In this document: positions 35,992 to 49,829 of the stretch, in pieces
Numbering within the stretch: the first letter of the stretch is position 1
How the letters are laid out: each line of letters starts with the position of its first letter
Assembly: GCA_035517195.1 (NCBI GenBank)
Contig: DATIZH010000003.1
Coordinates: 1,262 to 65,261, forward strand
Source: Nitrospiria bacterium
Lineage (GTDB): Bacteria; Nitrospirota; Nitrospiria; JACQCE01
Direction of reading: 5' to 3'
Length of the DNA: 64,000 nt
The notes under the pieces: generated by a model
Seen by the model: the letters and a program-made list of their open reading frames with translations, nothing else
Told to the model about the DNA's origin: nothing
Database searches by the model: none
Position numbers and translations under genes: made by a program

Positions 35992-36095
35992 CCATGTCGG
36001 TGGCGGCTCGCCTGCACCACGGTCTCCAAAGGGCCACGGCTCGGTCCCCAATCGGACAATCAGCCGATCACAGGGCGGGCAGGGCCGATGACTGA

Positions 36096-37892
<1,797 letters not shown>

Positions 37893-37906
37893 GGCGCGAC
37901 AACGCC

Positions 37907-38518
37907 ATGACCGACCAGAAATCGCGCGTTCGTGAATACGTCGAAGCGTTTCTGATCGCAGTCGTCCTGGCGCTCGTGGTCAGGACATTCGTCGTCCAGG
38001 CGTTCAAGATCCCGTCCGGCTCGATGATCCCGACGCTGCTGATCGGCGACCACATCCTCGTCAACAAATTCATCTACGGCGTCAAGGTGCCCTTCACGGA
38101 CTTCACACTGATACCCATGACCCACCCTCACCGGGACGACGTCATCGTCTTCAAATATCCGCAGGATGAGACCAAGGATTTCATCAAGCGCGTGATCGGT
38201 CTTCCCGGGGACCGGGTGGAGGTCCGCCACCGGCAGGTCTACATCAACGACGCGCCGCTGATCGAGCCCTACGCCGTGCACCAGGAAGGCGTGACGCCGG
38301 AAACGGAGATGCGCCCCCGCGACGAATTCGGACCGGTCACCGTGCCCGCGGATTCCTACTTCGTCATGGGCGACAACCGCGATCACAGCCTGGACAGCCG
38401 CTTTTGGGGTTTCGTGAAGGAGAACAAGATCAAGGGGAAGGCATTTCTCATCTACTGGTCCTGGGACGGGAACGGCGAATGGGTCCGCTGGGAACGGATC
38501 GGAAAAGCGGTGAGGTAA
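37907..38518 (+). CDS. lepB: signal peptidase I
   Basis: FKIPSGSMIPTL (catalytic Ser), KRVIGLPGD (Lys box), GDNRDHSLDSRFWG. Confidence 0.9.
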   Translation: MTDQKSRVREYVEAFLIAVVLALVVRTFVVQAFKIPSGSMIPTLLIGDHILVNKFIYGVKVPFTDFTLIPMTHPHRDDVIVFKYPQDETKDFIKRVIGLPGDRVEVRHRQVYINDAPLIEPYAVHQEGVTPETEMRPRDEFGPVTVPADSYFVMGDNRDHSLDSRFWGFVKENKIKGKAFLIYWSWDGNGEWVRWERIGKAVR

Positions 38519-39537
38519 TGACGTCTCGACGCATGGACGGCGCCGCCCCTTCGGCCCTGTCGGCCTGGACCGAAAAATTTCCCTCCGCCTCGATCGTCGT
38601 GGTCGGCGACCTGATGCTCGATCATTATCTGCTGGGCCACGTGACCCGCATCTCGCCTGAGGCGCCCTGGCCTGTGGTGGACGTGTACGAAGATGAATAC
38701 CGGCTAGGCGGCGCCGCCAACGTCGCCCACAATGTCAGCACCCTTGATGGTCGGGCCGTGGTGTGCGGCCTCATCGGCGATGACGAGGCCGGCGGCCGGC
38801 TTCGCGCGCTGCTCACGGCCCAGGGCGTGAACCCGGCCGGGCTGGTGGTCGACGCCGGGCGGCCGACGACGGTGAAGATGCGGATCATCGGGCGGCAACA
38901 GCAGATGATGCGCGTCGATCGTGAGGTTCGCCGCCCGCTGGCGCCCGGGCCTGCGCGCGAGCGATTGCTCGCCGGCGTGGAGCGGGCGCTCACCGGCGCG
39001 CAGTGTCTGGTGCTCTCGGATTATGCCAAGGGCCTCTTCACCGAAGGGCTGTTGAAGGAGCTGATCCAGACGGCCAATCGGCGCAGGGTCAGGGTCGTGG
39101 CCGATCCTAAGGTGGCCAATTTCGACGGGATGAGGGGCGCCACGGTCGTCACGCCCAACCATCTCGAAGCGATGCAGATCGCCACGGGCCGCGTCAAATC
39201 GACGGAGGATCTCATGGAGGTCGGCCGTCACCTGCTGGAGCGACTGGATGGGGAGGCGGTCCTGATTACGCTAGGCGAGCAGGGGATGGCGCTCTTTGAG
39301 CGCGACGGCGGGTACCATGCCATCCCCACCGTCGCGCAGCAGGTGTTCGACGTGACCGGCGCGGGCGATACCGTGGCCGCCGTGCTGGGGCTGGGCCTCG
39401 CCTGCGGAGCGTCAATGCGCGAGTCGGCAATGCTGGCCAACGCCGCCGCGGGCGTGGTGGTCGGCAAGGTGGGCACCGCCACCCTCGACCGGCGGGAGCT
39501 CCGCGCATCGTTGCACCGTCTCGGAGGGGCGGACTGA
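38518..39537 (+). CDS. hldA: D-glycero-beta-D-manno-heptose-7-phosphate kinase (RfaE domain I, PfkB family)
   Basis: VVVGDLMLDHYLLGHVTRISPEAPWPVVDV..RLGGAANVAHN...DVTGAGDTV. Kinase domain only. Confidence 0.82.
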   Translation: MTSRRMDGAAPSALSAWTEKFPSASIVVVGDLMLDHYLLGHVTRISPEAPWPVVDVYEDEYRLGGAANVAHNVSTLDGRAVVCGLIGDDEAGGRLRALLTAQGVNPAGLVVDAGRPTTVKMRIIGRQQQMMRVDREVRRPLAPGPARERLLAGVERALTGAQCLVLSDYAKGLFTEGLLKELIQTANRRRVRVVADPKVANFDGMRGATVVTPNHLEAMQIATGRVKSTEDLMEVGRHLLERLDGEAVLITLGEQGMALFERDGGYHAIPTVAQQVFDVTGAGDTVAAVLGLGLACGASMRESAMLANAAAGVVVGKVGTATLDRRELRASLHRLGGAD

Positions 39538-39538
39538 T

Positions 39539-41918
<2,380 letters not shown>

Positions 41919-41923
41919 GTTTC

Positions 41924-42763
41924 GTGACGACCCGCACGGTTGACATCGGCGCGATTTCGGCTGGCGGGGGAGGGCCGTTGTTTCTGATCGCCGGTCCCTG
42001 CGTGATCGAGAACGAGCAGGTGGTCATGGAGACGGCCGGGGCGCTCAAACAACTCGGCGAACGGTTGAAGATCCCGGTGATTTTTAAATCGTCCTATGAC
42101 AAGGCCAACCGGAGCGCGATCGATTCCTTCCGCGGGCCCGGATTGATCGCCGGCCTGAAGCTGCTGCTCGAGGTCAAGACGCGCTTCGGCCTGCCGCTCC
42201 TTTCCGACGTCCATCATCCGGGCGAGGTGGATGCGGCGGCGGAGGTGCTCGACATTTTGCAGATCCCGGCGTTCCTCTGCCGGCAGACCGATCTGGTCGT
42301 GGCCGCGGCCCGGACGGGGAAGGTGGTCAACATCAAGAAGGGGCAGTTCCTCGCCCCCTGGGAGATGGGGAACATCGTCAAGAAGATCGAGGCCGCGGGC
42401 AATCAGCGCATCATCCTGACCGAACGGGGCTCGAGCTTCGGCTACAACAACCTGGTCGCCGACATGCGGTCGATTCCGATCATGCAGCGCTTCGGCTATC
42501 CGGTGGTCTTCGACGCCACCCACAGCGTTCAGCTCCCCGGCGGGCAGGGCACCAGCTCGGGCGGCCAGCGGGAGTTCATCCCGACGCTCACGCGCGCCGC
42601 CGTGGCGGCCGGTTGCGACGGGCTCTTCATGGAAGTCCATCCCGACCCCGCGCGGGCGCTCAGCGACGGCCCGACGCAGGTGCCGCTTGCCGAGCTGGAG
42701 GGGCTGCTGCGGCAGGTGAAGGCGATCGAGGCGGCCGTTCGACCCGAAGGACAGCAGCTATGA
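41924..42763 (+). CDS. kdsA: 3-deoxy-8-phosphooctulonate synthase
   Basis: LFLIAGPCVIEN, FKSSYDKANRS, FDATHSVQLPGG. GTG start. Confidence 0.93.
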   Translation: MTTRTVDIGAISAGGGGPLFLIAGPCVIENEQVVMETAGALKQLGERLKIPVIFKSSYDKANRSAIDSFRGPGLIAGLKLLLEVKTRFGLPLLSDVHHPGEVDAAAEVLDILQIPAFLCRQTDLVVAAARTGKVVNIKKGQFLAPWEMGNIVKKIEAAGNQRIILTERGSSFGYNNLVADMRSIPIMQRFGYPVVFDATHSVQLPGGQGTSSGGQREFIPTLTRAAVAAGCDGLFMEVHPDPARALSDGPTQVPLAELEGLLRQVKAIEAAVRPEGQQL

Positions 42764-43782
42764 GCACTCCACCGAAGCGTCCTCAAACCATAATGGGCGA
42801 GATGATGACAAATCGTAATCGTCTCATCACGCTCGCCAAGCACGTGTTGGAGGTGGAAGCCCAGGCCATTCAATCCCTGGTCTCTCGATTGAACGACCAG
42901 TTCCTGAAGGCGATCGATCTGCTGGTCAAATGCAAAGGACGGGTCGTGGTCACCGGCATGGGCAAATCGGGAATCATCGGAAAGAAGCTCGCCTCCACGC
43001 TCGCCAGCACCGGCACGCCCGCGTTGTTTCTCCATCCGGCCGAGGGGATTCACGGCGATCTGGGCATGCTGGGCGCCCGCGACGTGGTGATCGCCCTGTC
43101 CAACAGCGGCGAGACGGACGAGCTGGTGAAAATCCTGCCCATGATCAAGCGGCTCAAAGCGCCGCTGATCTGTCTGACCGGCAATGTTTCGTCCACCCTG
43201 GCCAAATACAGCGATGTCGTCCTGGACGTGTCCGTGACCGAGGAAGCCGGCCCGTTGAATGTCGTTCCCACCTCAAGCACGACCTCCGCGATGGCGATGG
43301 GAGACGCGCTCGCCGTCGCGTTGATGGAGCGGCGGGGCTTCAAGTCTGAGGATTTCGCGATGCTGCATCCCGGCGGCGCCCTGGGACGGCGGCTGCTGCT
43401 GCGGGTGGAGGATGCCATGCACGTGGGCGACGCCATTCCGCGTGTCCGGCCATCGACGGCCATGAAGGATGTCATCCTGGAGATGACCTCGAAAAAGCTT
43501 GGCTGCACGACCGTCTGCAGACCGGACGGCCGGCTGGCGGGCATCGTCACGGACGGAGACCTGCGCCGGCTTCTTCAGCGCACGCCGGAGGGCGCCCTCG
43601 CCCTGACCGCGGAGGACGTGATGACCGCCAAGCCCAAAACAATCACACGCGACGCCCTGGCCGCCAAGGCCGTGCAGGTGATGGAGGAGCATTCGATCCT
43701 GGTGCTGGTGGTAACCGATCGCAGGCAGCAGGTGGAGGGCATCCTGCATCTGCACGATCTCTTGAAGCTGGGCGTGGTCTAG
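42760..43782 (+). CDS. kdsD: arabinose-5-phosphate isomerase (SIS plus tandem CBS)
   Basis: GRVVVTGMGKSGIIGKKLASTLASTGTPALFLHPAEGIHGDLG, SNSGET, C-terminal CBS pair. ATGA overlap with kdsA. Confidence 0.9.
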   Translation: MSTPPKRPQTIMGEMMTNRNRLITLAKHVLEVEAQAIQSLVSRLNDQFLKAIDLLVKCKGRVVVTGMGKSGIIGKKLASTLASTGTPALFLHPAEGIHGDLGMLGARDVVIALSNSGETDELVKILPMIKRLKAPLICLTGNVSSTLAKYSDVVLDVSVTEEAGPLNVVPTSSTTSAMAMGDALAVALMERRGFKSEDFAMLHPGGALGRRLLLRVEDAMHVGDAIPRVRPSTAMKDVILEMTSKKLGCTTVCRPDGRLAGIVTDGDLRRLLQRTPEGALALTAEDVMTAKPKTITRDALAAKAVQVMEEHSILVLVVTDRRQQVEGILHLHDLLKLGVV

Positions 43783-43783
43783 C

Positions 43784-44347
43784 ATGGCGCCCATTTCGTT
43801 CAAGCTCGGCGGCGGGCACGGGGCGCCGCCCCGCTCGCTGCTGAACCGCGCCAGACCGATCCGGCTGCTCCTGCTCGATGTCGACGGCGTGCTGACCGAC
43901 GGCCGGATCATCTACGACGCCGACGGGCGGGAATTGAAGGCGTTTCACATCCATGACGGATTCGGGATCAATCAACTTCGCGCGTCGGGGTGTCTGGTCG
44001 GGTTTTTGAGCGGCCGGGCCTCGGCGGCGGTGGAGCGGCGGGCGAAGGAGCTGGACGTGACGATCGTGTACCAGGGCGTCGACGACAAGCTGCCGGTCTA
44101 CGAGCGGATCCTGTCAGCGCACCGGCTCCGCGATGACGAAGTCGCCTATGTGGGGGACGATCTGCCCGATTTGCCCGTGCTCGCGCGGGCGGGATTGGCA
44201 GTCGGCGTCGCTTCGGCGGCGCCCCAGGTCCGCCGGGCCGTTCATTGGATCACCAGCCGCGCCGGCGGGGAAGGCGCCGTGAGGGAAGTGACCGATCTGC
44301 TGGTGCTGGCCGGCCAGCTTGCTCCAAAAAGAAAACGAGCCGTGTGA
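43784..44347 (+). CDS. kdsC: 3-deoxy-D-manno-octulosonate 8-phosphate phosphatase
   Basis: HAD motif LLLLDVDGVLTDGRIIY, DGFGI, YVGDDLPDLP. Confidence 0.85.
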   Translation: MAPISFKLGGGHGAPPRSLLNRARPIRLLLLDVDGVLTDGRIIYDADGRELKAFHIHDGFGINQLRASGCLVGFLSGRASAAVERRAKELDVTIVYQGVDDKLPVYERILSAHRLRDDEVAYVGDDLPDLPVLARAGLAVGVASAAPQVRRAVHWITSRAGGEGAVREVTDLLVLAGQLAPKRKRAV

Positions 44348-44398
44348 GACGCCTCCGCGTCGATGTGACTGACAGACCTCACCTAGCAACTTCCATCG

Positions 44399-44965
44399 AT
44401 GGACCAACTCCTGAATCTTCCGAATCTTTTGACGGGCATCCGTCTGGCCTGCATTCCCGTGCTGGTCGGACTGTTCTATGTGCCCATCGAGCACCACCAG
44501 CGACTGGCCGCCCTGACCTTTCTGATCGCCTCGGCGACCGATTTTATCGACGGCTATCTTGCACGGCGGCGATCGCAAATCACCAACCTGGGCAAACTGC
44601 TTGACCCGGTGGCGGACAAGCTGCTCGTCATGGCCGCCCTGTTGCTTCTCGTGGAGGCGGGCAAACTGTGGGCCTGGGTGGCCATCCTGATCATCGGGCG
44701 GGAAATCGCCGTGACCGGCCTGAGGGCCATGGCCTCAACCCGCGGCGTGGTGATGGCGGCCGAAGGGATGGGAAAGTTCAAGATGCTCTTTCAGGTTATT
44801 GGGATAACTTTTCTGTTTCTCACTGATTCATCTGGTCATAACACCCTGTGGATGATCGGCTGCACCTCACTTGCAGCGGCCGTGTTGCTGGCGCTGATCT
44901 CAGGCGGGCAATATGCCATCCGGGCCGGTCATCTTCTCCTGAGTCCGCATAAAAGCGGGCCGTAA
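44399..44965 (+). CDS. pgsA: CDP-diacylglycerol--glycerol-3-phosphate 3-phosphatidyltransferase
   Basis: CDP-alcohol phosphatidyltransferase motif DFIDGYLARR..TNLGKLLDPVADK. Confidence 0.9.
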   Translation: MDQLLNLPNLLTGIRLACIPVLVGLFYVPIEHHQRLAALTFLIASATDFIDGYLARRRSQITNLGKLLDPVADKLLVMAALLLLVEAGKLWAWVAILIIGREIAVTGLRAMASTRGVVMAAEGMGKFKMLFQVIGITFLFLTDSSGHNTLWMIGCTSLAAAVLLALISGGQYAIRAGHLLLSPHKSGP

Positions 44966-45008
44966 TCGGCCCGTGGAGCCCCTTCCTCCGCACCCGGCGA
45001 CCGCCGCC

Positions 45009-45608
45009 ATGGGTCTCGTCGCCTCCTTCGCGCTGGGCGCCATTCCCTTTGGGGTCATCTGGTCGTTGGCCATCGCCGGGATCGACCCGAGGAAAGCCGG
45101 CAGCAAGAACATCGGCTTTACCAACGTGCTTCGAGTCTCATCCCGGTGGGCCGCCGGTCTGACGCTGATCAGCGACGTGGGCAAGGGCGCAGCGGCCGTC
45201 TGGATCGTCCGCCATCTGAACGGGGGGGCGGATCCTGCCTGGGACTGCGCGGCTGTGCTCTCCGCCGTCTCCGGCCATATGTTTTCACCGATTCTGAGAT
45301 TTCAAGGCGGCAAAGGGGTGGCGACGGCTCTGGGAGGTCTCTTCATCGCCATGCCATGGGTGGGGTTGATCATATTGGGCGTGTGGAGCGTGGTGCTGAC
45401 GGTCTCTTCCTATGTGTCGCTGGCGTCAATTGTGGCCAGTCTCGTGTTGCCGGTGACGATGGCGTTGTTTACGTCCAACTGGATCGCCATTGCCTGTGGC
45501 ACGATGCTGACGGTGTTGGTGATCGTCCGTCACAGTGAAAACATCAAGCGATTACAGGCGGGGGAAGAGCATTCAATCAGGGGCTCAAAGCCTACAAAAA
45601 CTGTTTAA
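45009..45608 (+). CDS. plsY: glycerol-3-phosphate acyltransferase PlsY
   Basis: GAIPFGVIWSLA..DPRKAGSKNIGFTNVLR, GGKGVAT. The ATG at 45009 is preferred over the GTG at 44973. Confidence 0.87.
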   Translation: MGLVASFALGAIPFGVIWSLAIAGIDPRKAGSKNIGFTNVLRVSSRWAAGLTLISDVGKGAAAVWIVRHLNGGADPAWDCAAVLSAVSGHMFSPILRFQGGKGVATALGGLFIAMPWVGLIILGVWSVVLTVSSYVSLASIVASLVLPVTMALFTSNWIAIACGTMLTVLVIVRHSENIKRLQAGEEHSIRGSKPTKTV

Positions 45609-45808
45609 GTCGACCGATGTGCAATTTAACATAATAGTCCTTATCCGACATAACAGTAAAAATAAGGCAAACCCAGGCGCCGACCGATGGTTTGGACGTC
45701 TCGATCTTCATGAGCCACGCCGGTTAAGTCCGCCGCCCATTGACAGACCGGCCATTGCAGTTGAGTCTTGCAGCCTCAGGTCAATGAGTAGATAATATTG
45801 CCCGAACT

Positions 45809-46456
45809 ATGGCCGCGCGACTCTTCAACAAACGACAACTGAAGGCCGGATGGGCCGGGTTAACGACGGCCTTTCGTGAAGTCGCAACGCGAACCGATCG
45901 TGCCGTCCAACTGATGCGGCTTAGAATCGACCTCTGGGAGCTGAACCGGGAGCTGTTGATCCAATATCGCGAGTTTGGCCGGCGCGTTTCTGAACTGGCG
46001 CTGATCTCCAGCCCTGCGGCGGGGACAATCATTCAGGCCCAGGGCGAAACGGTTCCAGCCGACGATCCGGAAGTGCTTCGTGTGTCGGGTCAAATCGAAC
46101 GGCTGCGAGCCAGAATGGAGCTGCTGACCCAACAGCTGGCGACCCTGAGCCTTGAAGCGCCTGAGGACGCTGGCGCGCCGTTGCGACGACGGCTGCAGAC
46201 CGCGGGGATGACGGATGTCGTCGCGATCATCCCCGCTCGATCGCCGTTCGCGCATCGGCCCCTTGCCGCCATCCAACCCTTATCGGAATGCGTGATCACC
46301 GCGATCATCCGAAATGGCACTCCGTTCATACCGGCCGGAGGCACGACGCTGGAACCGGGCGATGAACTGATGCTCTTCGGCACCGCAATGGCTTGCGAGC
46401 AGGCCAAACTGTATCTGGAGCGGATTGAAGAAGATACTTATCCACAATCATTGTGA
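45809..46456 (+). CDS. hypothetical protein with C-terminal TrkA-C (RCK_C)-like domain
   Basis: Coiled-coil N-terminus. The C-terminus VVAIIPARSPFAHRPLAAI..CVITAIIRNGTPFIPAGGTTLEPGDELMLFG resembles TrkA-C. Confidence 0.5.
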   Translation: MAARLFNKRQLKAGWAGLTTAFREVATRTDRAVQLMRLRIDLWELNRELLIQYREFGRRVSELALISSPAAGTIIQAQGETVPADDPEVLRVSGQIERLRARMELLTQQLATLSLEAPEDAGAPLRRRLQTAGMTDVVAIIPARSPFAHRPLAAIQPLSECVITAIIRNGTPFIPAGGTTLEPGDELMLFGTAMACEQAKLYLERIEEDTYPQSL

Positions 46457-46547
46457 ATTAACTGTGACTAACTCTGTGGATTATTCATCCGGCCCCCGTC
46501 CGTGGCCGTCTTGAGCGAAGTGCTGAAGAATTAGGCAGCAAAACTCT

Positions 46548-47012
46548 TCACTTCTCAATCGATTCGCGCGAAGTGGTCCTGTTCGGCGCCTTCCATTGAG
46601 ACGTAAGATGCGCCATGAGCCACGCGCCGATGGCGGTGCCGACGGCATCGGCCATGACATCGCGCACGTCCGAATCACGCGTCGGCACAAACATTTGATG
46701 AAACTCATCGCTGGCGCCGTAGGCGATGCCAATCATGATCACGAGAATGAGGCGCCAGCGTCTATGAGGCGCCCACCCGGCGGTGCTCACCGCATGATAC
46801 GTGATCGCGCCAAAGCCGGCGTATTCGACCATATGAATCAATTTATCGGTGTTCGGAGGCAATCCCGCCAGGATCGGGCCGAATTGCCTGGAGGAGAGAT
46901 AAAAGATCACACCGGCATAGCCAAGCCAGGCGATCCATGCCGCCAACGGCGACGCCAGAAAGGGCCAGACAGCGACCAGCCGGTCGACCAACCTGAACAA
47001 TCGTTCATTCAT
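46548..47012 (-). CDS. VanZ-family membrane protein
   Basis: DKLIHMVEYAGFG ... DEFHQMFVPTRDSDVRDVMADAVGTAIGA. Confidence 0.7.
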   Translation of the reverse strand: MNERLFRLVDRLVAVWPFLASPLAAWIAWLGYAGVIFYLSSRQFGPILAGLPPNTDKLIHMVEYAGFGAITYHAVSTAGWAPHRRWRLILVIMIGIAYGASDEFHQMFVPTRDSDVRDVMADAVGTAIGAWLMAHLTSQWKAPNRTTSRESIEK

Positions 47013-48337
47013 ACAGCCGATAGCGCGCCTTCAAGCCGATGGGCCCGGCGCTGAGTCACAATCACATGGGCCAGCCGTCCCACCATGGCGAGAGACGCTT
47101 CCACATGAAGTTGATCATTCGCCCGCGTCCGTCCGAAGAGTCGGCCGGGGTACGACTGGCTCGCCCCCTCGAACAGCACCTCCTGGTTCGAGCCGACGAG
47201 GGAGCGCTGGCGCGCCGCCACCAGCTCCTGCTGCAGGGCCAGCAGCCGGTGCAATCGGGCCGACTTGACCGCTTCATCCAAGTGACCGTCCAATGCCAGC
47301 GCGGGGGTATGAGGCCGTTTTGAATACTTGAAGGCAAACAGGCCGGTAAACCCGAATTCGGCAACAGCCTTCAGCGTCAGCCCAAAATCCTCCTCCGTCT
47401 CGCCGGGAAAGCCGACGATGATGTCGGTTGTGAGCGTCAGTCCCGGCACCGCCGTGCGGAGCGCCTCGATCCGCCGCCTGTAGTCCTCAGTGGTATATTC
47501 CCGGTTCATCCGCTCCAATATCCGGTCTGAGCCGGATTGCAGCGGCAGATGCAGGTGCTCGCAGACGGCGGGCAATTCAGCCATGGCCCGGATCATCCGG
47601 TCGGTCACCGCCGATGGATGAGAGGTGGTGAACCGCACCCGGTCCAATCCCTCGATTCCATCCAGCCGGCGGAGCAATTCGGCAAAATCGACCCCTTCCG
47701 ATGAGGTGCGGCCGTAGGAATTGACATTCTGCCCCAGGAGAGTCACCTCCCTGAAACCCTGCCGGGCCAGCCCCCTCACCTCTTCCACAATCTCCCCGCT
47801 CAACCGGCTCCGTTCCCGCCCCCGGCTGTGGGGTACGACGCAGAAACTGCAGCGATTCTCACACCCTTCCATGATGGAGACCCAGGCGCGGACGCCAGGC
47901 TTGCGATGGGATGGGAGCGATGGCGCGGTCCCGCCCGGGTCATCCACCGCGATCACCGCCCGGCCGCTGCCGGTCGACTCGCGCAGGAGGCTGGGGAGCT
48001 GGTCAATCTGCTTGGAGCCGAAGACCAGCCGGATCCAGGGATGGCGTTCGAGCAGCGCGGCGCCTTCCTGGCGCGCCATGCAGCCGGCCACGCCGACGAT
48101 CAGTTCCGGCCTCCTCCGATGGAGCTCGCGAATGCGGCCCAATTCACTGAAGGCTTTCTGCTCGGCCTTGTCCCTGATGCTGCAGGTATTCATCAGGATC
48201 AAATCGGCCTCGTCCATCCGGTCGGTGACGGTATACCCGTCGGGCGCCAGCAGCCCCGCCATCCGTTCGGAATCGTGCTCGTTCATCTGACAGCCGTAGG
48301 TCTGGATATAGAGTTTCTTCCGCATGGCAGGACTCAA
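47009..48337 (-). CDS. miaB: tRNA-2-methylthio-N6-dimethylallyladenosine synthase
   Basis: YIQTYGCQMNEHDSE, radical SAM CENRCSFCVVP, C-terminal TRAM domain. Confidence 0.95.
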   Translation of the reverse strand: MSPAMRKKLYIQTYGCQMNEHDSERMAGLLAPDGYTVTDRMDEADLILMNTCSIRDKAEQKAFSELGRIRELHRRRPELIVGVAGCMARQEGAALLERHPWIRLVFGSKQIDQLPSLLRESTGSGRAVIAVDDPGGTAPSLPSHRKPGVRAWVSIMEGCENRCSFCVVPHSRGRERSRLSGEIVEEVRGLARQGFREVTLLGQNVNSYGRTSSEGVDFAELLRRLDGIEGLDRVRFTTSHPSAVTDRMIRAMAELPAVCEHLHLPLQSGSDRILERMNREYTTEDYRRRIEALRTAVPGLTLTTDIIVGFPGETEEDFGLTLKAVAEFGFTGLFAFKYSKRPHTPALALDGHLDEAVKSARLHRLLALQQELVAARQRSLVGSNQEVLFEGASQSYPGRLFGRTRANDQLHVEASLAMVGRLAHVIVTQRRAHRLEGALSAV

Positions 48338-48599
48338 TTGCCAGGTAGCCTAGTCTGACCGGTGGGAGATTGTCAACTGCGTGGGGCCCCGTACGCTAAT
48401 AAGCAAGAATGATTCTTCACGAAATACAAGGATCAGGATGGGCATTGATTGACGCGCCCTGCACGCGAGCGGAGAATTGCCAGGCGATTCAAAGAGTGGG
48501 TCGAGCGGGCGTGGGAAGTCAAGGCAAAAGGATGAAATCAACGCATCTCATTGTGAACCCGCGCCTCATCCTACATTAGTAGGAATTTGGCTAAACTTA

Positions 48600-48617
48600 T
48601 TGACAAAGGATTGTCAA
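48600..48617. promoter_or_regulatory. perfect 7-4-7 inverted repeat upstream of the LuxR-family gene (candidate operator)
   Basis: TTGACAAaggaTTGTCAA, 54 nt upstream of the ATG at 48671. Confidence 0.35.
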
Positions 48618-48670
48618 TTGTATTAACTGGAGGCGCTGCACGTGTGTCACACCGCATACATGAGGGGGCC

Positions 48671-49732
48671 ATGGCTTTGTCCGCCGTTGAGTATCAGCAC
48701 CTCCTCAAATTTATCGATATTCTTTATACCTTTTCAGATCAAAATGACCTGCTGCAGGCGGCCTGTGAATGGTTGAAACAGACCCTTGGTCTCTCATGGG
48801 CGGTGCTGGTCCCGACCGACACCCTCACGGGGCAGTTTCGGATTGAGTCAAATTTCCTCTTCCCCTGCCAGCCGGAAGAGATTCTCCAATATGTCCTCTA
48901 TTTCTCGCCGCTGGATCCGCTTGCCAACAAGGGGTGGATCTGGAAGTGCGTCAACAGATCGCCACAATATGCCGAATTCGTGACCCTCCTTCACAAAGCC
49001 AAATCAGATGACGGCCGGAATGCGCTCCCGCAAATTCCTGTGTTGTATTGCATCTGCGCCAGACCAGGCGCTCAAGGCACCCCCACCGGTTCAGACGGAA
49101 TCTCCCGCGGAAAAATGGGGCGCGATTTTACCAGCCACGAGAAGGAGACGCTCAGCCTGCTCGCTCCCCATTTGTCACAAGCACTGAATAATGTGAGACT
49201 CTTTGAAATGATTTCCGAATGCCAGGACATCGGGATGATCGTGGTCGGATCGGATGGCCGGCCCAGCTACATAAACCAGAAAGCGAGGCTGGCGCTCAAC
49301 GGGAAACCCATTGCCACCATTCCTGAGGCGGAATTGGGCGCTGGCGGAGTGGTATTTAAAACGGATCGAGGTCACTATCTCGTTCGAGCCGTGACGAGAA
49401 GAGGCAGCGCCGGCCGATCCCCCGGAGCACATCCACATTCAAAACACTCCAATTGGTTGTCTCGAAGATTCTACTCAAAGATTCTCCTGTTGGAGCCAGT
49501 GTCTGAGCGCGTGAGGCTGAGGACCAGGCTGGGTCGTTTTGGATTGAGCCGGCGGCAGGAGGAGATCACCGCCCTTGTGCTGGAGGGGCTTTCAAACAGA
49601 GAGATCGCGGGGAAACTTGCTATCTGTGAACAAACCGTAAAAGATCATCTGCACGATGTCTTCGAGAAAACGCGGGTCAGAAGACGGTCCGAATTAATTA
49701 CCAAGTTAATCGACACACCACCCGTGCCCTAA
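48671..49732 (+). CDS. LuxR-family transcriptional regulator (N-terminal sensory domain, C-terminal HTH)
   Basis: C-terminal LSRRQEEITALVLEGLSNREIAGKLAICEQTVKDHLHDVFEKTRVRRRSELI. The ATG at 48671 is preceded by GAGGGGG. Confidence 0.75.
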   Translation: MALSAVEYQHLLKFIDILYTFSDQNDLLQAACEWLKQTLGLSWAVLVPTDTLTGQFRIESNFLFPCQPEEILQYVLYFSPLDPLANKGWIWKCVNRSPQYAEFVTLLHKAKSDDGRNALPQIPVLYCICARPGAQGTPTGSDGISRGKMGRDFTSHEKETLSLLAPHLSQALNNVRLFEMISECQDIGMIVVGSDGRPSYINQKARLALNGKPIATIPEAELGAGGVVFKTDRGHYLVRAVTRRGSAGRSPGAHPHSKHSNWLSRRFYSKILLLEPVSERVRLRTRLGRFGLSRRQEEITALVLEGLSNREIAGKLAICEQTVKDHLHDVFEKTRVRRRSELITKLIDTPPVP

Positions 49733-49829
49733 AGGACATCGAAAAACGTCGAGCCAATTGGCAATGACCGAATCAGCGCCTCGTTTCCGGGTGCAAGTCC
49801 CTGCGGCGTGGGGAGCGAAGCGAAACGGT

